Assembly: GCA_036002485.1 (NCBI GenBank)
Contig: DASYTI010000108.1
Location: 2,053-66,052 of the forward strand
Length of the DNA: 64,000 bases
From: Candidatus Methylomirabilota bacterium
Lineage (GTDB): Bacteria > Methylomirabilota > Methylomirabilia > Rokubacteriales > CSP1-6
Direction of reading: 5' to 3'
The notes under the pieces are model-generated. The model worked only from the letters and a program-made list of their open reading frames with translations, did not search any database and was not told where the DNA came from. The translations under genes and the position numbers were made by a program. This document shows, in pieces, positions 47,989 to 56,420 of the stretch (within the stretch, counting starts at the first letter, position 1; each line of letters opens with the position of its first letter).

Positions 47989-48911
47989 GGCGGCGAGCGG
48001 CGGGAGCGCGCGACCTCGGCGATCAAGCGGATATGCTCCGGCCCCGAGCCACAGCAAGCGCCCACGATATTGCAGCCGGCGTCGAGCAGTGCCGGGTAGT
48101 CCTTGGCCATGGCCTCCGGCCCGAGCTCGTAGGTCGTCGTATCGCCCTTGGTGATGGGGAGCCCCGCGTTGGGATAGGCGATCAGCGGGGCCTCGGTGAC
48201 CGCGCGCATCTCACGGATGATGACGATGGCGCGATCCGGGCCCCGACCGCAGTTCATGCCCACGATGTCCGCCCCCGCGTCGAGCAGAGTCCGTGCCACC
48301 TCGGCCGGACTCTCGCCCCACATGGTGCGGTCACGGTCGTGGATCTCTTCGTACTGGAAGAACATGGTCGCCATCACGGGCAGATCGGCGGCCGCCTTGC
48401 AGGCCTTGATGGCGCCGATGGCCTCCTGGGGAAACATCATGGTCTCCACCGCGAAGATGTCCACTCCGCCCTCGGCCAGGGCCTCGGCCTGTTCCTTGAA
48501 GGTGGCGAAGTACTCGTCGTCCGTCGCGACGTTGTCGCCCACGCCGTAGTCCACGGGCAGGCAGCTCGTGGGGCCGATGGAGCCCGCGACAAAGCCGCCC
48601 GACGGACACACCGAGCGGGCGAGCCTGGCACCCTTGTCGTTGAGCTCCCGGGTGCGATCGCCGATCTTATACTCGTTGAGCTTCAGACGCGTGCCGCCGA
48701 AGGTATTGGTCTCCACGAAGTCCGAGCCGGCCTTGAAATAGCCCTCGTGAATCCCGCGCACGATATCGGCGTGAGTGTCGTTCCAGAGCTCCGGGCAGCC
48801 GCCGTTGCTGAGCCCGGCCGCGAAGAGGGCCGTGCCATAGCCGCCGTCGAAGACGAGGCGCTCCCCCGCCTTGGCGCGCTCCACGATCTCCCAGCCGCGC
48901 GGCCGGGCCAT
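47985..48911 (-). CDS. Stand-alone homocysteine-binding-type Zn-dependent thiol methyltransferase (MetH module 1-like, PF02574)
   Basis: 308 aa with a GACCGSGP zinc site and MetH Hcy-domain-like sequence. ATGA overlap with the corrinoid protein gene. Confidence 0.75.
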   Translation of the reverse strand: MARPRGWEIVERAKAGERLVFDGGYGTALFAAGLSNGGCPELWNDTHADIVRGIHEGYFKAGSDFVETNTFGGTRLKLNEYKIGDRTRELNDKGARLARSVCPSGGFVAGSIGPTSCLPVDYGVGDNVATDDEYFATFKEQAEALAEGGVDIFAVETMMFPQEAIGAIKACKAAADLPVMATMFFQYEEIHDRDRTMWGESPAEVARTLLDAGADIVGMNCGRGPDRAIVIIREMRAVTEAPLIAYPNAGLPITKGDTTTYELGPEAMAKDYPALLDAGCNIVGACCGSGPEHIRLIAEVARSRRSPP

Positions 48912-49573
48912 CAGGTGGCCGCGGCCACGCCGAGAAGCTCCTTGGCGCGCGTCACCGCGATGGTCGAATCCCTGGCGTACCCGTCGGCGCCGATCTCGTC
49001 GGCATAGGCCTGGCTCACGGGGGCGCCGCCGATCATCACCTTGACGCGCTCGCGCAGCCCGGCCTTGGCGAGGGCGTCGATGGTGCGCTTCATGGCGGGC
49101 ATGGTCGTGGTCATGAGGGCCGAGATCCCGACGATCTGGGCCCCGTGCTCCTCCACCGCGGCCACGAACTTCTCCGGCGCCACGTCGCGCCCGAGGTTGT
49201 GGACCTTGAACCCCGCGCCCTCGAGCATCATGGCCACCAGGTTCTTGCCGATATCGTGGAGGTCGCCTTGCGCGGTGCCGATCACGATGATCCCCAGCGA
49301 CTGGCCGTCGCCCCCCGCCTTGGTGATGAGGGGCTTGAGGAGATCGAGCCCCGCGTACATCGCGCGCGCGGAGAGGAGGACCTGCGGCACGTAGTACTCG
49401 TTGCGCCGGAACTTCTCTCCGACCACGTCCATGCCCGGGATCAGTCCTCGGAAGATCAGATCCTTGGGATCCATGGCGAGGGCGAGCCCTTCCTGGGTCT
49501 TGCGGGCCACCGTGTCCTTGTCGCCCAGGATCAGCGCCCTCGACATGATCGGGTAGTCGAAGTCATCGCTCAT
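48911..49573 (-). CDS. Cobalamin-binding corrinoid protein (B12-binding cap plus Rossmann domain)
   Basis: DxHxxG motif (GDLHDIGKN) and MtaC/MetH B12-domain-like sequence. Start taken at MSDDFDYPIMSR. Confidence 0.8.
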   Translation of the reverse strand: MSDDFDYPIMSRALILGDKDTVARKTQEGLALAMDPKDLIFRGLIPGMDVVGEKFRRNEYYVPQVLLSARAMYAGLDLLKPLITKAGGDGQSLGIIVIGTAQGDLHDIGKNLVAMMLEGAGFKVHNLGRDVAPEKFVAAVEEHGAQIVGISALMTTTMPAMKRTIDALAKAGLRERVKVMIGGAPVSQAYADEIGADGYARDSTIAVTRAKELLGVAAAT

Positions 49574-50973
49574 GCGTCGTTCGTGGCTCCTCCGGGCTTG
49601 ACCGTGGAATAGCCTGCCTTGACCCACTCTCGCATGCCGCCGGCCACATTGTAGCAGTCGGTCAATCCCGCCCGCCGGAGGGCGCTGATGACCGAGCTGG
49701 ATCGGAGCCCGCCGGCGCAGAGCACGGCCTTGGGGCGATCCGCGGGCAGCTCACCCAAACGCGAGAGGGCCTGGCTCATCGGGAAATTGACGGCTCCCGC
49801 GATGTGCCCGTCGTCCCATTCGGTGGCTTCCCGCACGTCGACCACGACCAGATCGGGCCGCTCGTCCCGCATGGTGGCAAGATCGTGCACGGTGATCTGC
49901 GGCACGCTCGCATGAGGCAGCCCTTCGCTCTTCCAATCCGTCATGCCACGCTGGAGATAGCCGAGGATGTCGTCCATGCCCGCGCGTCCGAGCGCCTCGA
50001 CGCTGCGCTGGAGGTCTGACGGGCCCGCGGCCACCAGGACGAAGCGGCTATCGACTGGGGCCATCATGGCCACCCGCGGCGCGAAGGGACTGCTCTCGAT
50101 CCAGACATTGATGGCACCCGGAATGTGGCCGTCGCCGAACTCGGCCGGGCTGCGCACGTCGAGGATGACGCCCCCCTTGGCCATGGCCTCGCGCGCCTGC
50201 GCGGCAGAGAGCGGCTGAAACTCGCCCGTGGAGGGAAGGGCCTGGGCCCGGTTGCGCGCGATGATGCGGTCGAAGCTCGGCGGCTTCGGCGGCAGCCCCG
50301 TCATGAGCTCGCGCACGAAGGCCTCCACCGTTGCCGGCTGCAGGGCGGGGTTGAAGCGGCGCTCGAACCCGATGGTGGAGCCGGGCTTGGAGGACATCGC
50401 TCGCCCGCACGAAGACCCTCCGCCATGGGCGGGATAGACTTCCACGCTGTCGGGCAGCGTGAGCACGCGGCGGGTCAGGCTCTCGAAGAGATCGGCGGCT
50501 GCCCGCTCGCCGCCGAAGTCCGGTCGCCCGACGTCGCCCACGAAGAGCGTGTCACCGGTCAGGATGAACCACGGCTCTTCTCCACGCGACAAATCGGTCA
50601 CGAGCAGGCAGACGCTGTCCGGGGTATGTCCCGGGGTGTGGATGACCTGCACCCGCACCGTACCGAACCGGATCTCGTCCCCGTGCTCGATCGGCGTATG
50701 GGGAAACGCGGCCTCGGCCGCGGGATGAATGTGCACCCGGGCGCCGACCTTTGCGGCCAGGCTCTGGTTGCCCGAGATATGGTCGGCGTGGACGTGGGTG
50801 TCCACGATGTGGGTGAGCTCGAGCCCCTTGCGCCGGGCCCACGCCGCGTAGTCGTCGACCCGGTCCCGGGCGGGGTCGACCACGAGGGCCTGCCCCGCCT
50901 GGCTGCAGGCGATCAGGTAGGAGATGCAGCCGGCATCCTCGTTGAGGATCTGCTGAAAGATCATCGGTCGCAT
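49570..50973 (-). CDS. Persulfide dioxygenase (ETHE1-like MBL fold) fused to two rhodanese domains
   Basis: HxHxDH motif (HVHADH) and MBL fold, followed by two rhodanese modules with active-site Cys (CAGGLRS). ATGA overlap with the corrinoid protein gene. Start uncertain (50973 or 50964). Confidence 0.75.
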   Translation of the reverse strand: MRPMIFQQILNEDAGCISYLIACSQAGQALVVDPARDRVDDYAAWARRKGLELTHIVDTHVHADHISGNQSLAAKVGARVHIHPAAEAAFPHTPIEHGDEIRFGTVRVQVIHTPGHTPDSVCLLVTDLSRGEEPWFILTGDTLFVGDVGRPDFGGERAAADLFESLTRRVLTLPDSVEVYPAHGGGSSCGRAMSSKPGSTIGFERRFNPALQPATVEAFVRELMTGLPPKPPSFDRIIARNRAQALPSTGEFQPLSAAQAREAMAKGGVILDVRSPAEFGDGHIPGAINVWIESSPFAPRVAMMAPVDSRFVLVAAGPSDLQRSVEALGRAGMDDILGYLQRGMTDWKSEGLPHASVPQITVHDLATMRDERPDLVVVDVREATEWDDGHIAGAVNFPMSQALSRLGELPADRPKAVLCAGGLRSSSVISALRRAGLTDCYNVAGGMREWVKAGYSTVKPGGATNDA

Positions 50974-51120
50974 CTTCCCACACGGACTCACCACGACGCA
51001 AGGTGGCCTTGGATAAGGCTTCTGGAAGGACGATTGTGGGTAACTTGACCCAGAATCGGCTGGTAGACTAGACTCTGCGGAGTTTAAACTCGGCCCTACG
51101 GGAGGCTATCGGCAGTCGCG

Positions 51121-51885
51121 ATGAAGATCAAAGTCCTTGGCTCGTTCGGAAGCGAGGGGCAGGGACAGCGACCCTCAGCATTTCTCGTAGACGACAAGGT
51201 CCTGGTGGACGCCGGCACCGTCGGGGGCGCCCTCACGCCCGCCGAGCAGATCGAGGTCGAGTACGCGCTGGTCAGCCACGCCCATTTCGATCACATCGCC
51301 GGCCTGGCCTTTCTTACCGACACCTTGGCCATGATCGCGCCCGAGCGTCGGGTGACCGCATGCAGCATCGGGCCCGTGCTCGACAGCCTTCGAACCCATG
51401 TCTTCAATGACGTGGTCTGGCCAAATTTCGCCAATATCCCCGATCCGAAGAATCCCGTGCTGGCCTTCCGCACCCTCGCCGAAGAAGGCGAGGCGCGAGT
51501 GGGCGAGCTCTGGGTGACCCCGGTGCCCGTGGACCATACCATCCCCACCACGGGCTTCGTGGTCCACGACGGAGAGACGGGCTTCGTGTTCAGCGGGGAC
51601 ACGGGGCCGACCAAGCAGATCTGGAAGCTCGCGCGCGAGATGCGAGGGATCAAGGCGGTCATCGTGGAGACGTCCTTCCCCAACCGAATGGACGCGCTGG
51701 CGAAGACGTCCGGACACCTGACCCCGGAGATGCTCAAGCGCGAGCTCGACAAGGCGCCTCCGGACATTCCCGTCTGGATCTACCACGTCAAGCCGCAGCT
51801 GTACCAGGAAACCGTCGAAGAGCTCGCCAAGATCGACTCCACCCGCATCCACATCCTCGAGCAGAGCAAGACCTACACGCTGTAG
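51121..51885 (+). CDS. Class II 3',5'-cyclic-nucleotide phosphodiesterase-like MBL-fold hydrolase
   Basis: HAHFDH motif and PF02112-like sequence. Confidence 0.65.
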   Translation: MKIKVLGSFGSEGQGQRPSAFLVDDKVLVDAGTVGGALTPAEQIEVEYALVSHAHFDHIAGLAFLTDTLAMIAPERRVTACSIGPVLDSLRTHVFNDVVWPNFANIPDPKNPVLAFRTLAEEGEARVGELWVTPVPVDHTIPTTGFVVHDGETGFVFSGDTGPTKQIWKLAREMRGIKAVIVETSFPNRMDALAKTSGHLTPEMLKRELDKAPPDIPVWIYHVKPQLYQETVEELAKIDSTRIHILEQSKTYTL

Positions 51886-51922
51886 TCCTTACACTTCCGC
51901 CGTCTCTGGTCCCTGCCCCCGC

Positions 51923-52774
51923 TCATCCACGGGAGGCGGGCTCGAAGAGAAACTCCGTCAGGTAGGTGTTGACGGTGGCCGCGTGCTCGATCTGCGGGAA
52001 GTGCCCGCACCGGTCGAGCCACTTGGCGGTGGCGAGATCGAGTCCCTGGCTCACCTGCCGTGCGTGGGCCAGCGGGATGACGGCGTCCTGGAGCCCGTGG
52101 ACGAGCAGGATGGGCCGCCGGAACCTGAGCAGTCCCTCCCGGTAGAGCTGGGTGTGCTCCGTGAAGTCCTCCCGGACCGAGCGCAGGAGCGAGAGGTAGG
52201 CTGCCCGGCCATCGAGAGAGGCGCGGACCGCGAACTCGTGCTCCACGAAGAAGCGAATCTCCTCGGGATCGGGCGAGACGAAGCAGCGCTCGAGCGCCGT
52301 CGCGCAGATCCCGCGCGTGATGAGCCTCGAGAGAAGCTCGCCGATCCCCGGCAGGGACAGCGTCCGGTACACCCACGAGGGCCGGAGGGGAAACCCCGGC
52401 ACGGCGGAGGCGAGGAAGGCCAGCCGCTCGACGCGGGCCGGGTGAGCCACGGTGAAGCGGGCGGCCACGGCGCCGCCCATGGAGTGGCCGACCAGGCGCA
52501 CCTGCTCGAGGCCCAGCTTGCGGAGGAATGCCTCGAGGACCTCGGCCAGGAAGGTCAGGGTGTACGCGCGGCGGGGCTTGCCGGATTTCCCGAAGCCCGG
52601 CAGGTCCAGGGCGATCACCCGGCCGTGGCGTCCCAACTCGGGGATGGTATGGCGCCAGGACTCGGCAAAGCCGCCCAGGCCGTGGAGAAGCACGGTAGCC
52701 GGCCCCTGCCCCTCCGAGAGGTAGTGCAGAAGAAGCCCGTCGAGCTCGCCGCCCGTGAGCCGGAGGTGCGCCAC
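51923..52774 (-). CDS. Alpha/beta hydrolase
   Basis: GHSMGG nucleophile elbow and HGLGG oxyanion region. Confidence 0.75.
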   Translation of the reverse strand: MAHLRLTGGELDGLLLHYLSEGQGPATVLLHGLGGFAESWRHTIPELGRHGRVIALDLPGFGKSGKPRRAYTLTFLAEVLEAFLRKLGLEQVRLVGHSMGGAVAARFTVAHPARVERLAFLASAVPGFPLRPSWVYRTLSLPGIGELLSRLITRGICATALERCFVSPDPEEIRFFVEHEFAVRASLDGRAAYLSLLRSVREDFTEHTQLYREGLLRFRRPILLVHGLQDAVIPLAHARQVSQGLDLATAKWLDRCGHFPQIEHAATVNTYLTEFLFEPASRG

Positions 52775-52776
52775 GG

Positions 52777-53772
52777 TCAGGAATCGAGGAGTCGCGTCAG
52801 CGCGTCGCGGAACGGAAAGACACTGAAGATACCGCCGGTGTGGATGAAGCAGACACGCTGGCCGAGCGCCTTGGGGTCGCGCTCGAGCGTGTGGAGAAGC
52901 CCGCCGAAGGCCTTGGCCGTGTAGACGGGATCGAGCATCAGGCCTTCCTCACGCGCCAGACGGATCACGAGGGAGAGCTCCGCGTCGTCCACCCCGGCCC
53001 GTCCCATTCCCTGGTAGCCGTCCAGAAGATGGATGCTCTTCGGCACCTCGATGGCGAAGCCGAAGCGACGGATGGCCTTCCCGATGGTGTCGCTGACATA
53101 GCTGCGCACGCGCTCGGCCGGGAACGCGATGGGGATGCCCACGATCTCCGAGGGCAGCCCGGCGAGCTGCTTGCCCATGAGGAGCCCGGCCTGGCTGCCC
53201 CCGCTGAAGCACGTCAGGGCCACCGTGTCGAAGCGCGGCGCCCCGTGGGTGATCTGCTCCGCGAGCTCGACGGCGCATTCGAGGTAGCCGAGCGCCCCCA
53301 GCTCGTTGGAGCCGCTCTCGGGAATCACATAGGGCTTGCCCCCGACGCGCCGGACGTCTTCGGAAATCGCTTCGAGGGTGCCCGCGGCCTGGCGGAACTG
53401 GTCGTCGGTGAGATACCGCACCTCGGCGCCCAGCATCCGGTCCAGGAGGAGGTTTCCGTCATAGGTATCGGGCCGGCCGCCCTTGACCGCGAGGACGGCA
53501 CGGAGACCAAGGCGCGCGGCCACCGCCGAGACAGCGCGGCAGCAGTTGGACTGGAGCGTCCCGATGGTGATGAGGGTGTCGGCGCCCTGGGCGAGGGCAT
53601 CGCCGACGAGGAACTCGAGCTTGCGGACCTTGTTGCCGGATTCGAGGAGGCCGGTCAGATCGTCACGCTTGACCCAGAGCTCGACCCCCAGCCGCCGCGA
53701 CAGCCGCTCGAGCTTCATGACCGGCGTGGGCGCCAGGGCCAGCTCGATTCGCGCGGGCGTGATCGTCACGCT
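52777..53772 (-). CDS. PLP-dependent D-cysteine desulfhydrase / ACC deaminase family protein
   Basis: PALP-family sequence (WVKRDDLTG...SGNKVRKLEFL). Likely GTG start at 53772; the upstream part of the raw ORF is junk. Confidence 0.7.
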   Translation of the reverse strand, partial: SVTITPARIELALAPTPVMKLERLSRRLGVELWVKRDDLTGLLESGNKVRKLEFLVGDALAQGADTLITIGTLQSNCCRAVSAVAARLGLRAVLAVKGGRPDTYDGNLLLDRMLGAEVRYLTDDQFRQAAGTLEAISEDVRRVGGKPYVIPESGSNELGALGYLECAVELAEQITHGAPRFDTVALTCFSGGSQAGLLMGKQLAGLPSEIVGIPIAFPAERVRSYVSDTIGKAIRRFGFAIEVPKSIHLLDGYQGMGRAGVDDAELSLVIRLAREEGLMLDPVYTAKAFGGLLHTLERDPKALGQRVCFIHTGGIFSVFPFRDALTRLLDS

Positions 53773-53858
53773 TCCAATCCTAACACCGGCGCCTATGAAT
53801 GCCGCATTCCCGGCAGCGGCACGAGGCGGCCACGGAGCTGCAGGTCGAGGACGGCCCT

Positions 53859-54701
53859 CTAGCCCACCTTCTTCGCCACCGCCGCGTACTGATCCAGCAA
53901 CGGCAGCACGGTGCCGGCCAGCGCGGACGGGACGAAGAAGACCACGCGTGCCACGCCCATGTCGCGCCACCCGGCGAGCTTGCCCTCGTCGGGCCGCACC
54001 CCGAAGAGCGACACCGTCACCGTGGCCGGGTCGCGCCCGGCCTTTTCCGCGCGCTGGCGCAGATCAGCCATGGCTTCATCCAGAGGATCGCGCCCGATGA
54101 TGGGCATCCAGTGCCCGTCGAACTCCGCGGCGCGCTGACGCGCGTGCGGGCCGCTGCCTCCCATGAGGATGGGCGGGTACGGCTTCTGGACGGGCTTGGG
54201 GTATGACCAGAGCTTGTCGAAATTGACGTACTTCCCGTGGTACTGCGCCTCCTCCTGCGTCCAGATCGCCTTCATGGCCGCGATGCGCTCGCGCAGGATC
54301 TTCCAGCGATCGCTGAACGGCGTCCCGTGGTCCTCCATCTCCTCGGCGTTCCAGCCCCCGCCGATGCCGAAGAGGACGCGCCCCCCGGAGATGAAGTCCA
54401 GGCTCGCGACCTCCTTGGCGAGAATGATGGGGTCGCGCTCGATCACCAGGCAGATGCCGGTGCCGAGCATGAGGGTCCTGGTCACCGCGGCCGCTGCGCC
54501 CAGCGCGACGAAGGGGTCGAGCGTGTGCCAGTAGTCGCGCGGGAGATCGGCCCCGCCGGGCCATGGGCTCTTGCGGATGACGGGGATATGCGTGTGCTCG
54601 GGGAGCCACAGCGACTCGAAGCCGCGCGCCTCAAGCTCGCGGGCCAGAGCATCCGTGGGGATCGCATAGTCGGTCGGGAACATCGCGACGCCGTATTTCA
54701 T
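53859..54701 (-). CDS. LLM-class F420-dependent / flavin-dependent oxidoreductase (luciferase-like)
   Basis: Luciferase-like monooxygenase TIM-barrel sequence (MKYGVAMFPTDYAI...). Confidence 0.75.
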   Translation of the reverse strand: MKYGVAMFPTDYAIPTDALARELEARGFESLWLPEHTHIPVIRKSPWPGGADLPRDYWHTLDPFVALGAAAAVTRTLMLGTGICLVIERDPIILAKEVASLDFISGGRVLFGIGGGWNAEEMEDHGTPFSDRWKILRERIAAMKAIWTQEEAQYHGKYVNFDKLWSYPKPVQKPYPPILMGGSGPHARQRAAEFDGHWMPIIGRDPLDEAMADLRQRAEKAGRDPATVTVSLFGVRPDEGKLAGWRDMGVARVVFFVPSALAGTVLPLLDQYAAVAKKVG

Positions 54702-54705
54702 GGGG

Positions 54706-55779
54706 TCATCCTCCGAGATCGAGCGGGGTGTAGTACGGGCGGCCGCCGAGGGCCTTGACCTCTTTCTGGAAACTGGTGCCGTAGAAGCGCTCGGCGTCGG
54801 TCAGGGCCCAGGCCTGGCGCTTGAAGCACCACGACTCGGGCTGCAGCTCCTGCGCCCGCTTGAAGAAGGGCACGGCCGCCTCGGGCCGTCCGCTTTCGTG
54901 CAGGTGCTCGGCCAGGCGGAAGGTCGCCGCGGCGAGCGCGTGCGCCGCCGACGGCACGAAGAGCCGCTGGCGGCGCTCCTTCGGGGGCAGGACAAAGCCG
55001 CTCCGCGGGCCGCGGTCGACCCAGTCGCGGATGGCCGCCAGGTAGCGCGTCATGTCGAACTTGGTGTACTCGATCCAGCGGTTGTCGGCGAAGGCAACTT
55101 CGTTCGGGCGCACGATAGCCCCGTCCTCATCGATCCACACGGCGGTCGGGACATTGACCATGTTGTAGGCTCGCGCGACGTCGTAGTGGGCGTCGATGAG
55201 CGAGGGGTGAGTCGGGCTGGCCGCGCGGATCCACTCGCCGGCCGCGGCCGTTCCCGCGCTGTCGAGGGCCACCGTGATCACGGTCAGGCCTTTCGGCTCC
55301 AGCTCGGCGTGCAGGGCCTGCCACCCGGGCAGGTCGAAGCGGCAGCCTCACCATGAGGCCCAGGCAAGGAGAAAAACCTTCCGACCTCGAAAGGTCGAGA
55401 GGCGGTGGGGATTCCCGTCGATGTCCGGGAGGGTGAAGTCGGGCGCCTCGAGGGACAGGAGCCGCTCGGCGGCGTCCTCGGCCGCCTCGCCGATGGACCA
55501 GACGGCGTGCTCGGGAGTCGCGGCGACCGGCTGGCCCATATGACGCGCGAGAGCCGTGAGGTTGACCCTGGGGGCGGGCCCGCCCAGGTCAAGGAGCCCC
55601 TGGCCAGCCGGGCCTTGAGGCACCGGCACGCAGAGCGAGCCGCGGCACAGCCCCTCGGGCTTGATCTCCCAGCCTCCGCAGCGCACGAGGGCCGGCGGGT
55701 CGAGCCAGAGGTTCTCGCCCTCGACCCGGGCCGTCTCCACCACTATCGACTCGCCGGGCAACAGCACTGTCGCTTTCAT
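54706..55779 (-). CDS. Putative selenoprotein: TlpA/ResA-like thioredoxin-fold oxidoreductase. An in-frame TGA (55348-55350) sits at the redox-active Cys position. It has N- and C-terminal extensions of unknown function.
   Basis: Reading through the TGA gives ...APDFTLPDIDGNPHRLSTFRGRKVFLLAWASW-U-GCRFDLPGWQALHAELEPKGLTVITVALDS... This aligns to the TlpA motif FWASWCxPCR...VxVD. A hairpin CCUGCC-CGGGU-GGCAGG lies 15 nt 3' of the UGA. A GAGGAG RBS precedes the ATG at 55779. Confidence 0.6.
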
Positions 55780-55883
55780 CGCGGATCTCCTCCTGCTCGC
55801 CCCGAGCTCCGGGCGGGGATAGAATACTGATAACAACGGCGGCGTCCAGCGGTCACACGTGGCGCCCTGGATGGAGGGAACCC

Positions 55884-56282
55884 ATGCACACTCAGCTGAT
55901 CCGGTTGATCGCGATCCTGGCGGCCGTGCTCCTGGCCGGGCTCCCTGCGGCCATCCTGGCCGAGGATACGGGCAAGGCCCCCGAGAGCACCGCTTCCGAC
56001 CAGAAGGCCACGGACAAGAAGTCCACGGATACGAGCAAGGTGGGCGAGGCCACGAAGCGGGTCGAGTCCGGCGCCAAGCAGGCCGGGGAGGGCATCAAGG
56101 AAACCGCCAAGGGCATCGGCAACACGGTGGTGGAAGGCGCCAAGGTCGCCGGCGAGAAAGTCAAGGACGCGGCCAAGGAAGTCGAGCCGCAGGCCAAAGG
56201 CGCCTGGCAGAAGACCAAGGACGGCGCGGCCGATGCCGCGGAGAGCGTGAAGAATTTCTTCAAGCGGCTCTTCAGCGGCTAG
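55884..56282 (+). CDS. Secreted Lys/Ala-rich repeat protein (hypothetical)
   Basis: Signal peptide, then KxxAxxGxK-like amphipathic repeats. Its TAG stop lies within the CTAG terminus of repeat copy C. Confidence 0.55.
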   Translation: MHTQLIRLIAILAAVLLAGLPAAILAEDTGKAPESTASDQKATDKKSTDTSKVGEATKRVESGAKQAGEGIKETAKGIGNTVVEGAKVAGEKVKDAAKEVEPQAKGAWQKTKDGAADAAESVKNFFKRLFSG

Positions 56283-56410
56283 GTAACTCGGAGGGGGGCT
56301 CCGCCCCCCTTCCGGAACCTCCCCCCGGACAGATTGCGCCGGCAAAGCCGGCGCTCGAGCGGAACATTCCTGCTCGCGAGGGCATGGGAATTACTTGGAT
56401 AGACTCCTAG
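56279..56410 (-). repeat. Copy C of the ~131-bp CTAG-bounded GC-rich double-hairpin repeat element
   Basis: CTAG at both ends (56279-56282 and 56407-56410). A 14-bp near-duplicate CTAGCGCG(T)CTTGAT adjoins it and contains the pepN stop. Confidence 0.75.
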
Positions 56411-56420
56411 CGCGCTTGAT

